A stretch of DNA of 64,000 bases. Origin: Octopus sinensis (lineage: Eukaryota). This document shows, piece by piece, positions 39,585 to 52,397 of the stretch; positions within the stretch are counted from its first letter, which is position 1, and each line of letters begins with the position of its first letter. Location of the stretch: contig NC_043014.1 of the NCBI RefSeq assembly GCF_006345805.1, positions 49,042,001 to 49,106,000 on the forward strand, in the 5' to 3' direction. Below the pieces are notes generated by a model. It was not told the origin of the DNA. It saw nothing but the letters and a program-made list of their open reading frames with translations, and ran no database searches. The position numbers were made by a program, and so were the translations under genes.

Positions 39585-39712
39585 GGATTCTTTGGCTTAT
39601 ATAAAGGAATGGCAGCGCCTCTTACTGGAATTGCCCCTATATTTGCCATTTGTTTCTTTGGTTTTAGTGTTGGGAAGAAATTGCAACAAAAGTCTCCAAC
39701 AGATACATTAAG
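39585..39712 (+). CDS. SLC25A20: SLC25A20 exon 3
   Basis: ccttag|GGA...AG|gtattt; [42 protein letters not shown] (128 nt). Confidence 0.96.
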
Positions 39713-42622
39713 GTATTTCCAGTTCTAATATTGACCAAAATTTAATTCCCTGTAATCAAATGTTACCATTTTTTTTTTTAACCATTTTATTTTATATTGC
39801 TGCCTGGTTGTTTAAGATAGTGTACAGGCATGGCTGTGTGGTTAAGAAGTTTGCTTCATAGCCCCGTGGTTTCAAGTTCAACCCTACTCTGCAGCACCTT
39901 GTATTTTACCCTAATCTCTGGTCAATCCAAGCCTTTGCAGTGAAATTTGGTTGATGGAAATTGTGCAGAAGCCTGTTTTTGGACGATATATTTAATCTCT
40001 CTCCCAGCTTGAAACAACTTTAGTATTAAATGAAGTTGGTCCTTGTTTTAACACTAAGTCGTTGTCGTCGTCATCATCGTTTAACATCTGCTTTCCATGC
40101 TAGCATGGGTTGGACGATTTGACTGAGGTCTAGCGAACCAGATGGCCGCACCAGGCTCCAATCTTGATCTGGCAGAGTTTCTACAGCTGGATGCCCTTCC
40201 TAACGCCAACCACTCCGAGAGTGTAGTGGGTGCTTTTACGTGCCACCGGCACGAGGGCCAGTCAGGTGGTTTTCCATGCTGGCATCGGTTGGACAGTTTG
40301 ACAGGAGCTGGCCAGGTGGAGCTCTGCGCCAGGCTCCAGTCATTTACTTTTTCTGTGGTTTCTATGGCTGGATGCCCTTCCTAGCACCAACCACTTTACA
40401 GAGTGTACTGGGTATTTTTATTTGGCACCAGTACCAATGTTGTTATGTGGTACCAGCACGAGTGCTTTAAATGTGACACAAGCACTGGTGCTTTTTTTCT
40501 ATGGAACTGGCACAGGATTTTTTTATGTGGCACCAGCACAGGTTTTATTTTTATGTGACACTAGCAAGGATGCTCTTAAGTGGCCCCTGCATGGGTATTT
40601 TGTATGTGGGACTGGCATGGGTGTCTAAAATGTGGCACTGGCATGGGTGCTTTTTACATGGTATTGATGAATTAACTCAAAATTACTGGCGTTGGGCCAA
40701 AATTTGAAACTATTATTAAATTCAATTTCTGCCAGGGTTAGCTTTGCCATTCCTTGAGGGTCGATAAAATAAGTAACAGTAAAGTACTAGGTTGAGTTAA
40801 TAGGTTTTTCTCTTCCCTTCCCCAAATCTTTATTTTAGAATCATTACAGCATCTGAAGAAATGCTTTCTGGTATTTCTTCCAGAAGGCGGCGAGCTGGCA
40901 TAAACGTTAGCACGTCGGGCGAAATGCATAGCCGTATTTCGTCTGCCGCTACGTTCTGAGTTCAAATTCTGCCGAGGTCGACTTTGCCTTTCATCCTTTC
41001 GGGGTCGATTAAATAAGTACCAGTGACGCACTGGGGGCGATATAATCGACTTAATCCGTTTGTCTGTCCTTGTTTGTCCCCTCTGTGTTTAGCCCCTTGT
41101 GGGTAGTAAAGAAATACGTATTTCTTCCAGTTCTTTCTGTTTTGAGTTCAAATCCCACTGAGATCAACTTTATAGGCACACTTATGGTTGTGTGGTAAGA
41201 AGCTTGCTTCCCAACCACATGGTTCCAGGTTCAGTCCCACTGCGTGGCGCCTTGGGCAAGTGTCTTCCACTATTGTCTCAGGCAGACCAAATCCTTGTGA
41301 GTAGATTTGGTAGACGGAAACTGAAAGAAGCCCGTCATATATATGTGTGTGTACGTGGCTTTGTGTTGATGTGTTTAGGTCCCTGTAACAAGGGTTTTGC
41401 AAAAGGGACCGATAGAATAAGTACCAGACTAAAAAAAAACAGTCTCGTTCAACTAAAAAATTCTTCAATGATTGGAAAAAGTAGGAGTTAAAAGATTAAG
41501 TTCAAAGCAGGCGAGCTGGCAGAAACATTAGCACGCCAAGTGAAATGCTTAGTGGTATTTCGTCTGCCGTTATGTCCTGAGTTCAAATTCCGCCAAGGTC
41601 GACTTTGCCTTTCATCCTTTCAGGGTCGATAAATCAAGTACCAGTTACACACTGGGGTCGATATAATCGACTTAATCCCATTGTCTGTCTTTGTTTGTCC
41701 CCTCTGTGTTTAGCCCCTTGTGGGTAGTAAAGAAATAAGATTGAATAAGGTAAAAGTTGTTTTAGTAAATTCTTCCAAATTCTTGATTATTTCCAAGAAC
41801 TGAAACCTAAAGACAGGGTAATTGACCATCATCACCATCATCATCATCACCACTTTAATGTCAGCTCTTCCATGCTTGCATGAGTCAGACGGAACTTGTT
41901 GAGGTGGGTTTTCTACACCTGGAAGCCCCTCCTGTTTCCAAGTAAGGTAATTTTCTCCCCTGTGTAGGCACATGGCTTAGTGGTTAGGGTAATCAGCCGA
42001 CAATCATAAGGTTGTGAGTTCGATTCCTGACAGTGCATTGTGTTCTTGAGCAAGACTCTTTATTTCATGTTGCTGCAGTCCACTCAGTTGGCAAAAACGA
42101 GTTGTACCTGTATTTCAAAAGGGGCCAGCCTTGTCGCATTCTGTGTCACACAGAGTCTCCCTGAGAACTATGTTAAGGAAATGTGTGTCTATGGAGTACT
42201 CAGCCACTTCTATGTTAATTTCACGAGCAGGTTGTTCCGTTGATCGGATCAACTGGAACCCTCATTGTTTTAACTGACATAGCGTCAGATTTTTAGGTCT
42301 GGACAAGTTACCACAGAAGATTGTGAATGAAGGACACTGCTTGTATGACGGTGATACTCATTTACGACAGTACCAACTCAAACACATATGACAGGCTTCT
42401 TTCAGTTTCCATCTAAATTCACTCACAAGGCTTTTGTTGGCCCAGGGCTAGAGTAGAAAACATCTAAACTGTCACGCATTGGGACTGAACCTGAAACCAT
42501 GGGAAGCAGGGTTCTTAATCACACGACCACGTATGTGCCTATTCATTAGAAAGAATTAATCAAGCAAAGGTTAATCTTTCAGGCATCGTTAAATGTCTTT
42601 TTGTATATTCCTTATATTCTAG

Positions 42623-42713
42623 CTATTTTCAAATATTCAATGCTGGTTTGCTTTCTGGTGTGATGACAACTGTGATAATGACGCCAGGTGAAAGAATAAA
42701 GTGCCTTCTGCAG
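42623..42713 (+). CDS. SLC25A20: SLC25A20 exon 4
   Basis: ttctag|C...CAG|gtaaga; (S)[30 protein letters not shown] with second signature PGERIKC (91 nt). Confidence 0.96.
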
Positions 42714-42867
42714 GTAAGATAACATTTTTTCAAAACGGTCAACTAAATCATTGACATAGAATATCATCATTATTCACCATCATTAAGGTGGAAAAGTGGC
42801 AGAATCGTTAGCATGCTGGGCAGAGTGCTTAGTGACATTTTGTCTGTCTTTATGTTCCGAGTTCAAT

Positions 42868-43500
42868 ACAATAATAATAATAATGACGGACTCTCCCGTC
42901 AAAGGCGACATGTGAGCATTCAGCTTTTGCCGAATGACCTACACAAATGATTTGTTTATAGTGATCAAATGTTCATGTCACACATTACTTCAGTCCCTCT
43001 ATCAAATCGATGTGTCTGAATAGATGCACTGTGTACCACGTGTCAAATGTCGAAGTGTTCACAGAGCAATGCAAGATGAAGTGTTTTGCTCAAGAATTGC
43101 TAGGAATTGAAATCACGATCTGGCGATCATGAGTGCAACATTCTAACCTCTAGGCCATGCACCCTCACAATACTAATACTAATAATAATAATGACGGACT
43201 CTCCCGTCAAAGGCGACATGTGAGCATTCAGCTTTTGCCGAATGACCTACACAAATGATTTGTTTATAGTGATCAAATGTTCATGTCACACATTACTTCA
43301 GTCCCTCGATCAAATCGATGTTGTCTGAATAGATGTGCTGTGTACCACGTGTCAGATGTCGAAGTGTTCACAGAGCAATGCGAGATGAAGTGATTTGCTC
43401 AAGAACACAACACACCACCCAGTCTAGGAATTGAAATCGCGATCTGGTGATCATGAGTGCAACACCTTAACCACTAGGCCATGCACCCGCACAAGAATAA
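42868..43500 (-). mobile_element. Tandem pair of a tRNA-headed SINE with (ATT)n tails in intron 4
   Basis: Two ~310-bp near-identical units starting AATAATGACGGACTCTCCCGTCAAAGG; minus-strand head TGCATGGCCTAGTGGTTAAGG...GGTTCGATT-like box. Confidence 0.75.
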
Positions 43501-43582
43501 TAATAATAATAATAATAATAATGATATTATTGTCAACTCATCTTATTTGTTGTTGCTGATTATATTGTGTCTTTCATTGCAG

Positions 43583-43703
43583 ATTCAAGCCGATTCCAAA
43601 GGTCCTCGGAAATATAAGGGTCCCATTGACTGTGCCCAAAAACTTTACAAAGAAGGTGGCATACGCAGTTTGTACAGAGGCACTGGTGCCACTCTTCTAC
43701 GAG
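43583..43703 (+). CDS. SLC25A20: SLC25A20 exon 5
   Basis: ttgcag|ATT...CGAG|gttcga; [40 protein letters not shown] (121 nt). Confidence 0.94.
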
Positions 43704-44283
43704 GTTCGAAATGTTTTGCAGTTTTATAAACTCTTCGATAACTGAATTTCCTTGATTGTTCTCTTCTGATTTTTGCCTTCCATCCTTTGACCAAATAAAG
43801 AACTGGTTAAATACTGGGGTTGATATGATTAACTATGCCCTTCTTAAAAATATGTGGTTTTGTGCTTATATTAGGGATCATTGCTGTTGTTAGGCAGAGT
43901 TGTCAATTTGTCGGACAAAATGCCTTTCAGAATTTCCTTCAACTTCCTATGTTGTAAGTTCAAATCCTGCTGTTAAGTTTGCCTTTCATCCCTCTGGGGT
44001 CAATAAAATAAAATACTTGTCAAATACTGAGAGCTATGGTATCAAGTAACCCTTCACACAAAATTTCTGACCATGTTCCTATGTCAGAAAGCAATATTAT
44101 TTATTATCGTTATGCAGAATTTTTTTTACTATTTACATTGACTTAAAATCCCACCAAGGTCAAATTTGCCTTTCATCCATGTGGAGATTGATAAAATAAA
44201 GTACCAGTCATGCACTGGGGGTGATGGTAACAACTAAACCCTCTCCTCAAAATTGTTGGCCTTTTAAGTCAAAAACCATTATT

Positions 44284-44575
44284 ATGACTTCAGGAAACAT
44301 TTTTTCACGCTGAGAGTTGCTGAAGCATGGAACAAACTGCCGGCATCAGTTGTTAGTTGTCGGAGCACTGCATCCTTCAAAATTTCCATGCTTCCTGAGA
44401 TTCGCCAACACTACACCTGATTTTCTCCCCTCCATACACAAACAAGCATGTATCTGACTCATACATTGTTCGCTTTCCAGACATTTCTACATTACTGCAT
44501 ACACTTTAAATGCACTTTCTGACAAGTTGTGGTGCACCTGAGCACTGTATACAATAATTTCATTATTATTATTAT
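44284..44575 (+). mobile_element. CR1/L2-type LINE 3' fragment
   Basis: Encodes FRKHFFTLRVAEAWNKLPASVVSCRSTASFK...HYT*, then 3' UTR and (ATT)n. Confidence 0.75.
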
Positions 44576-44624
44576 CATCATCGTCATCATCATCATCATC
44601 ATCATCGTTATTTTTTTTAAACTT

Positions 44625-44970
44625 ACAGCTTATTTTGCTGGGTATGATGGAAAGTGTCAGCTGTCCACAGCCAGCAGACTAAGGTGACACATGTTTACTG
44701 GTCATGCTTCAAGAACCCTGCAAAAAATTCTTGCAGTTCCAAGCAATGCTGATTTTTCTAGGTATTCTACCTTCACACTTGCACCAATCTTCTTAAGGCA
44801 TGTTGGTAGTCAAGGGCTGAGACTTCCAAGTGCACCAATTACTATTGGTATCATTTCTACTCTCTTCATTGACCATGACCTTCGTATTTCCCACTTTAAA
44901 TCGTCATAGCTGTTTATTTTTTTCTTCTTTTTTCACATTGACCCCATTTTTCCATGCCAGACAAAATACT
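44625..44970 (-). mobile_element. R4/Dong-like (RLE) non-LTR retrotransposon 3' fragment
   Basis: Minus encodes YDDLKWEIRRSW...IPIVIGALG...KSALLGTARIFCRVL with stops. Confidence 0.65.
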
Positions 44971-45712
44971 TAGTGATATTTCATCATCATTGCTTAACGT
45001 CCGTTTTCCATGCTGGCATGGGTTGGATGGTTTGGCCGGGGTCTGGGAAACCAGCAGGCTGCACCAGGCCCCAGTCTGATCAGGCAGTATTTCTACAGCT
45101 GGATGCCCTTCCTAACGCCAACCACTCTGTGAGTGTAGTGGGTGCTTTTTACATGCCACTAACACAGGTGCCAGGCGATTGGTTGGTGCATTTTACATGC
45201 CACCGGCACGGAAGCCAGTCAAGGCGGCACTGGCATCAGCCACGTTTGGATGGTGCTTTTTATGTGCCACCGGCACTAGTATCACAACTACAATTTCCAT
45301 TTGATTTTTTGCATCTATCTTTACATTCTGAGTTCAAATTCCACTGAGGTTGACTTTGCCTTTCACCCTTTTGGAATCAAGAAATTAAGTACCAGTTGCG
45401 CACTGAGGCTGACATAATCGATGAGGCCCCTCCCCCAAAATTTCAGGCCTTGTGCCTTTAGAAGAAAGGATTACTATTATTGCGAGCTGGCAGAAACGTT
45501 AGCACGCCGGGCGAAATGCGTAGCCGTATTTTGTCTGCCGTTACGTTCTGAGTTCAAATTCCGCCGAGGTCGACTTTACCTTTTATCCTTTCGGGGTTGA
45601 TAAATTAAGTACCAGTTACGCACTGGGGTCGATATAATCGACTTAATCCGTTTGTCTGTCCTTGTTTGTTCCCTCTGTGTTTAGCTCCTTGTGGGTAGTA
45701 AAGAAATAAGAA

Positions 45713-45745
<33 letters not shown>

Positions 45746-46251
45746 TTTATATTCTGCCAAGGTCAATTTTGCCTTTTGTCCTTTTGGGGTCAGCGAGCTG
45801 GCAGAATCATTAGCACCCTGGAGAAAATGCTTTGCAGTATTTTGCCTGTCACTACATTCTGAGTTCGAATTCCGCTGAAGTTGACTTTACCTTTCATCCT
45901 CTTGGAGTTAAGAAAATAAGCACCAGTTGTGAACTGAGGTTGACATAATCCATGAGACCCCTCCCCCAAAATTTCAGTCCTTGTACTTCTAGTAGAAAGG
46001 ATTATTATTATTATCATTATTATTATATTCTGCCAAGGTCGACTTTGCCTTTCAGAATCGTTAGCATGCTGGACAAAACGCTTAGCAGTATTTTGCCTGT
46101 CACTACGTTCTGAGTTCAGATTCCACTGAGGTCGACTTTACCTTTTATCCTTTCGGGGTCGATAAAATAAGTACCAGTTGAACACTGGGGTCGATGTAAT
46201 CCACTCATCCCCTCCCCCAAAATTGCTGCCCTTGTGGCAAAATTTGAAACC

Positions 46252-46302
46252 ATTATTATTATTATTAGTGTTATTATTATTGTTATTATTATTATTAATA
46301 TC

Positions 46303-46336
<34 letters not shown>

Positions 46337-46819
46337 GTATTATTGTTATTATTATTATTAGTATTATTGTTGTTATTATTATTATTATTAGTATTATTGT
46401 TGTTATTATTATTATTATTAGTATTATTGTTATTATTATTATTGTTGTTATTATTATTGTTGTTGTTATTATTATTATTATTATTATTATTGCTATTATT
46501 ATTATTATTGCTATTATTATTATTGTTATTATTATTAGTATTATTGTTGTTGTTATTATTATTATTAGTATTATTGTTGTTATTATTATTATTATTAGTA
46601 TTATTGTTGTTATTATTATTATTATTAGTATTATTGTTAGTATTATTGTTGTTATTATTATTATTATTAGTATTATTGTTAGTATTATTGCTATTATTAT
46701 TATTATTATTGCTATTATTGTTATTGTTATTATTATTATTATTTTTATTATTATTATTATTATTATCATCATTATTATTGCTATTATTATTATTATTATT
46801 ATTGCTATTATTATTATTG

Positions 46820-46852
<33 letters not shown>

Positions 46853-46960
46853 GTATTATTGTTATTATTATTATCATTATCATCATTATTATTATTATTG
46901 TTATTATTATTATTATTGCTATTATTATTATTATCATTATTATTGCTGTTATTATTATTA
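46252..46960. repeat. (ATT)n microsatellite abutting the exon 6 acceptor
   Basis: ATT with GTT/AGT/GCT/ATC variants; triplet phase unbroken. Confidence 0.95.
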
Positions 46961-46967
46961 TTTGTAG

Positions 46968-47040
46968 ATATGCCAGCTTCTGGAACTTACTTTATGACTT
47001 ATGAATGGATGCAACATATGTTGACACCAACAGGAGGAGA
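46968..47040 (+). CDS. SLC25A20: SLC25A20 exon 6
   Basis: tttgtag|AT...GA|gtaagt; (D)MPASGTYFMTYEWMQHMLTPTGG (73 nt); conserved RD pair formed across the exon 5/6 junction. Confidence 0.95.
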
Positions 47041-48380
47041 GTAAGTTCGTGTTTATAATATATTACCTACCAGTGGGGAGTGCCATTAGAGTTGAGGTAA
47101 GCTTCCTGTGAAGCCACAATATGTTTTTTTTTACTTCCTGGTTTTAGACGTTACACTTTGTATAAGGAAGTAGGCATAGCATGCTACCCTGTTTAACACC
47201 AGAACTTAGTCCATTGTTGCCTCTAGGGTTGAGGTCTCTTTCTGTCACAGACATTTCGTTCAGACTTCTTCTTCCTCCCTTTCTCCTCATTATTCGTCAT
47301 CATCGTTATCCCACTCAGCTGAGAGGTCGTCTTGCAAGATACTTGGCGATCCCACTCATTCCATGTTAAAAGCACCTGTGTTGGTGTCACATAAAAAGGA
47401 CCCAATATACTGTGTAAGGTGGTTGGCATTAGGAACGGCATCCAGCTGTAGAAACCATGCCAGAGTAGACAAATGGAGTCTGGTGCAGCCTTCCAGCTTC
47501 TACTAAACTGTCCACCCCATGCCAGCATGGAGAACAGGAGCTGGCAGAAACGTTAGCATGCTGGGCGGAACGCTTAGCGGTATTTCATCTGCTGCTACGT
47601 TCTGAGTTCAAATTTCGCCAAGGTCGACTTTGCTTTTCGCCCTTTCGGGGTCAATTAAATAAGTACCAGTTACGCACTGGGGTCGATATAATCGACTTAA
47701 TCCGTTTGTCTGTCCTTGTTTCTCCCCTCTGTGTTTAGCCCCTTGTGGGTAGTAAAGAAATAAATCATGATGACGATTTTTCCATGCTTCATGGGCCAGA
47801 CAAAATTTGTTGACATTTCCTATGGATGGATGCCCTTCCTGTCACCAACCATCGTTTGCCTCCAAGAAAGGTAATGTTTCCTCCATATGTTCATGGAACA
47901 TTGGAAACAATCAACATCGCTTGTATGACAGTGATGTTTGTTTACAACCATGACATGTGGTCAAGACAAGGAAGCTTAAACATAAACACACATACATGTT
48001 CTTACATACATACACAAACTGCAAGAGTTGTCTTGATTTAATCAAAAGAGCCTTACCACTTTCTTAGTGACTGGCTTGAATTCTGCAAAAGAGAAAAAAA
48101 TCATAAAGAAACATAAAGCATAAAGAAACAAACATGCATGGTAGGCTTTGTTCAGTTTCTGTCTACCAAATCCATACATAAGGCTTTAATTGACCTGGGG
48201 CTACAGTAGAAAACACTTGTCCAAAGATCAGAGATGAACTCAAGACCACATGGTTTGGAGGCAGGCACCTTAACCACAAGGCCACAACTGTACGTCTGTA
48301 TATGTTTCTCTCTTGTGTACCTAGATAGCATTCATATATGAACTCAGAGAAATATGTGTGTGTATGTGTGTATATATATG

Positions 48381-48439
<59 letters not shown>

Positions 48440-49433
48440 GTATGTATATGTATGTATATATATGTCATATTTATATACACAGAGACACACGCACTCTATG
48501 TTAAATGAAGGCTAGTAGCAAAGCCATTACACATGTACATTATAATGAATATCTATAAGATGTGAAACCGGTTTGTACTTATGTACTTTGGAACATTTAA
48601 TCATGTATATTTGTAACTGTGTGCCTTAGAGTTTTTAAAAGTGTATTTTAAAATGATTTGAACGTAAAAATGTATTTTGGAATATGTAATGTTGAAACTA
48701 TTGATTGTAGGAATATATTTTGGATGTGATCTGATATAATACTTCGGAATGTATTTTGAAATGATTTGATTGTGATAGTTTGTTTTGCAGTAATATATTA
48801 TTAAAATTTTAAACAATTTGAATGTAACAACAGTTTCAAATTTCAGCACAAGGCCAGCAATTTTAGGGGAAGGAGTAAGTCAATGCCATCAATCCCAGTG
48901 CTCAACTGCGGTTTATCATGGCAACATTTGAACTCAGAACACAAAGCCAGAAAAAATGCTGCTAAGCATTTTGTCTGGTGTGTTAATGGTTCTGCCATCT
49001 TGTCACCTTTCATTTGATTGTAATAATATACTTTGGAATTAATTGCAATGTGAAAGGAATAGTACATTTTGTTCTCTTTATTATTATTATTTCTCTTCCA
49101 CTCACACACACACATATACGTATATCTTTATTTGTACATGCACACATGTACACAATTACTTTGTAACAAGGCTTACATTGTCACTGCAGCCATTAAGTAT
49201 TGTTTGCACAATGATAATGTGAGTGTATATGTTTACATTCCTTTTTCTCTTTTACACACTTCAGTAATTTGACTGTGCCCTTGCTGGAGCACCACCTTTA
49301 GTTGAAGAAATCAACCCCAGGACTTATTCTTTGTAAGCCTAGCACTTATTCTATCAGTCTCTTTTGCTGAACCACTAAGTTACAGGAACGTAAACACACA
49401 CCAACACAGATACAAAGACACATACAATAAATA

Positions 49434-49466
<33 letters not shown>

Positions 49467-49469
<3 letters not shown>

Positions 49470-49711
49470 ACCTTACCTGTCATTGTGGTTTTGTGGCACA
49501 AAGCAAAGCAGGCCCTGCTGTCCACTCAAGAAAACACGTAGTAAATGATCCACAAGCACTTGAGCAAACTGAGCCATCAACTTATTCCATTTGCCAAAAG
49601 GTTTGCAAGGCACCAGTAGGCCTCAAGAGACACATTCATGTCAATAGAAAATGATTAACACTTTATTTTACTGAACCTTCATTTGTCATTCATGACCAGA
49701 GAATCCATCAT
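49467..49711 (+). mobile_element. RTE-type LINE 3' fragment with degenerate C2H2 fingers
   Basis: CHCGFVAQSKAGPAVHSRKH...ICQKVCKAPVGLKRHIH, like RTE ORF2 C-terminal fingers. Confidence 0.55.
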
Positions 49712-49805
49712 GTAAATATATAAATTAGAAAAAAACCACCTTTTATCAATTCAATAATGAAAAATTAAATTACACCATTTAGAAAAATTACGGTTTTTTC
49801 TAATT

Positions 49806-50609
<804 letters not shown>

Positions 50610-50655
50610 GTATATATGGTAATCATAAAGAATTTGTTTGTTTCCTAATTTGCAG

Positions 50656-50765
50656 CCGCAGGGAACTAAGTCCCCTTAGGACCTTATTTGCTGGTGGCAT
50701 GGCTGGCGTTTTCAACTGGATGGTTGCCATTCCTCCTGATGTTTTGAAATCAAGATATCAAACAG
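50656..50765 (+). CDS. SLC25A20: SLC25A20 exon 7
   Basis: ttgcag|C...ACAG|gtaaaa; (D)[36 protein letters not shown] with the conserved FNW tryptophan and third signature PPDVLKSR (110 nt). Confidence 0.95.
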
Positions 50766-52250
50766 GTAAAACATTAATTAACACTATTTTTTTTTTACCA
50801 TAACATTTTTTTTTCTGCTGGAAACGAAAGCAATATCAAGTAATATGTATGAATTTATGTGTTCGCTTGTATTTGGTACATTTTAATGGAATTACATTCA
50901 TGTGTAAGATGCTTTGTTTTTTAACACTATGGGTACAGGTGTGCTTGTGTGGTAAGAAGTTTGTGTTGCCAACCACATGGTTTCAGGTTAAGTTTCCATT
51001 GCATGACATTTTGGTCAAGTGTCTTCTACTAGGCCAGCAATTCTGGAGGAAAGACTAAGTCGATTACATTGACCCCAGTGCTTAACTGGTACTTATTTTA
51101 TCGACCCCAGAAGGATGAAAAGTAAAGTCAACTTTGGCAGAGTTTGAACTCAGAATGTAGAGACAGACAAATTACCACTAATCATTTTGTCAAGCATACT
51201 CTTTACTCTTTTACTTGTTTCAGTCATTTGACTGTGGCCATGCTGGAGCACTGCCTTTAGTCAAGCAAATCAACCCCAGGACTTATTCTTTGTAAGCCTA
51301 GTACATATTCTATCGGTCTCTTTTTGCCGAACCGCCAAGTTACGATACCGTAAACACGCCAGCATCGGTTGTCAAACGATGTTGGGGGGACAAACACACA
51401 CACACACATATATATATACATATATACGACGGGCTTCTTTCAGTTTCCGTCTACCAAATCCACTCACAAGGCTTTGGTCGGCCCGAGGCTATAGTAGAAA
51501 ACACTTGCTCAAGGTGCCACGCAGTGGGACTGAACCCAGAACCATGTGGTTGGTGAGCAAGCTACTTACCACACAGCCACGCCTACGCTTTTGGGGATTT
51601 CAGAAGTTTTCCAAGAGGAATCTCCGTCAGTGTTAGGAGTTGTACAACACTTTTTAAACCTAGTTTAGAGATGTTATTCCACAACCAGGAATTTTCACTG
51701 TCTTCAGTTCCATACCCTGTTAATGTATGGCTTGGTTCTATCTCGTGTGCCACGTTACTGGAAGGCTGACCAGATCCTGGTCTGTGAATGTGATGAATCA
51801 TGAAAGTGATGTGGAATTTTCTCTATTCCTTAAACTGAACAAACAGAAATATTGATGGAACTGGCCCTTAAAAGTGTTCACAAATAAATCCATATAATTT
51901 CTTTGGCGTTAAGAAGGGCATCCAGCTGTAGAAACACTGCCAGATCAGACTGGGCCTGGTGCAGCCTCCTGGCTTCCCAGACCCCAGTCGAACTGTCCAA
52001 CCCATGCTAGCATGGAAAGCGGATGTTAAACGATGATGATGATCATGTAAAGGTATTTTAGTTGTTTGGTGTATGACTTCTTTGGAGAGGTGGAACTTTT
52101 TAAGCATGCTGACAAATTCCAAGACTTCTAGCTTAATTAATGGAATGGTGACAGTGTATTGTTTGTGGCTGTGTATTTTATTTTCAATAATCTATGTATT
52201 TCAATCATAATTTTTTATATGAAACATTTTGAAATGTGCTTCTTTTGTAG

Positions 52251-52375
52251 CCCCGCAAGGTACATATCCAAACGGTATCAGAGATGTTTTCCGTCAACTG
52301 ATGAAAGAAGAAGGAATCTTTGCCATGTATCGAGGTGTAACACCTGTTATGATAAGAGCCTTCCCTGCTAACGGT
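52251..52375 (+). CDS. SLC25A20: SLC25A20 exon 8
   Basis: ttttgtag|CC...GGT|gtaagt; (A)PQGTYPNGIRDVFRQLMKEEGIFAMYRGVTPVMIRAFPANG (125 nt). Confidence 0.96.
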
Positions 52376-52397
52376 GTAAGTAATTTTATCACAAATA

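Noticed and set aside
46116-47044. Poly-Ile/poly-Leu ORFs
   Set aside because: (ATT)n repeat; only 46968-47040 is a real exon.
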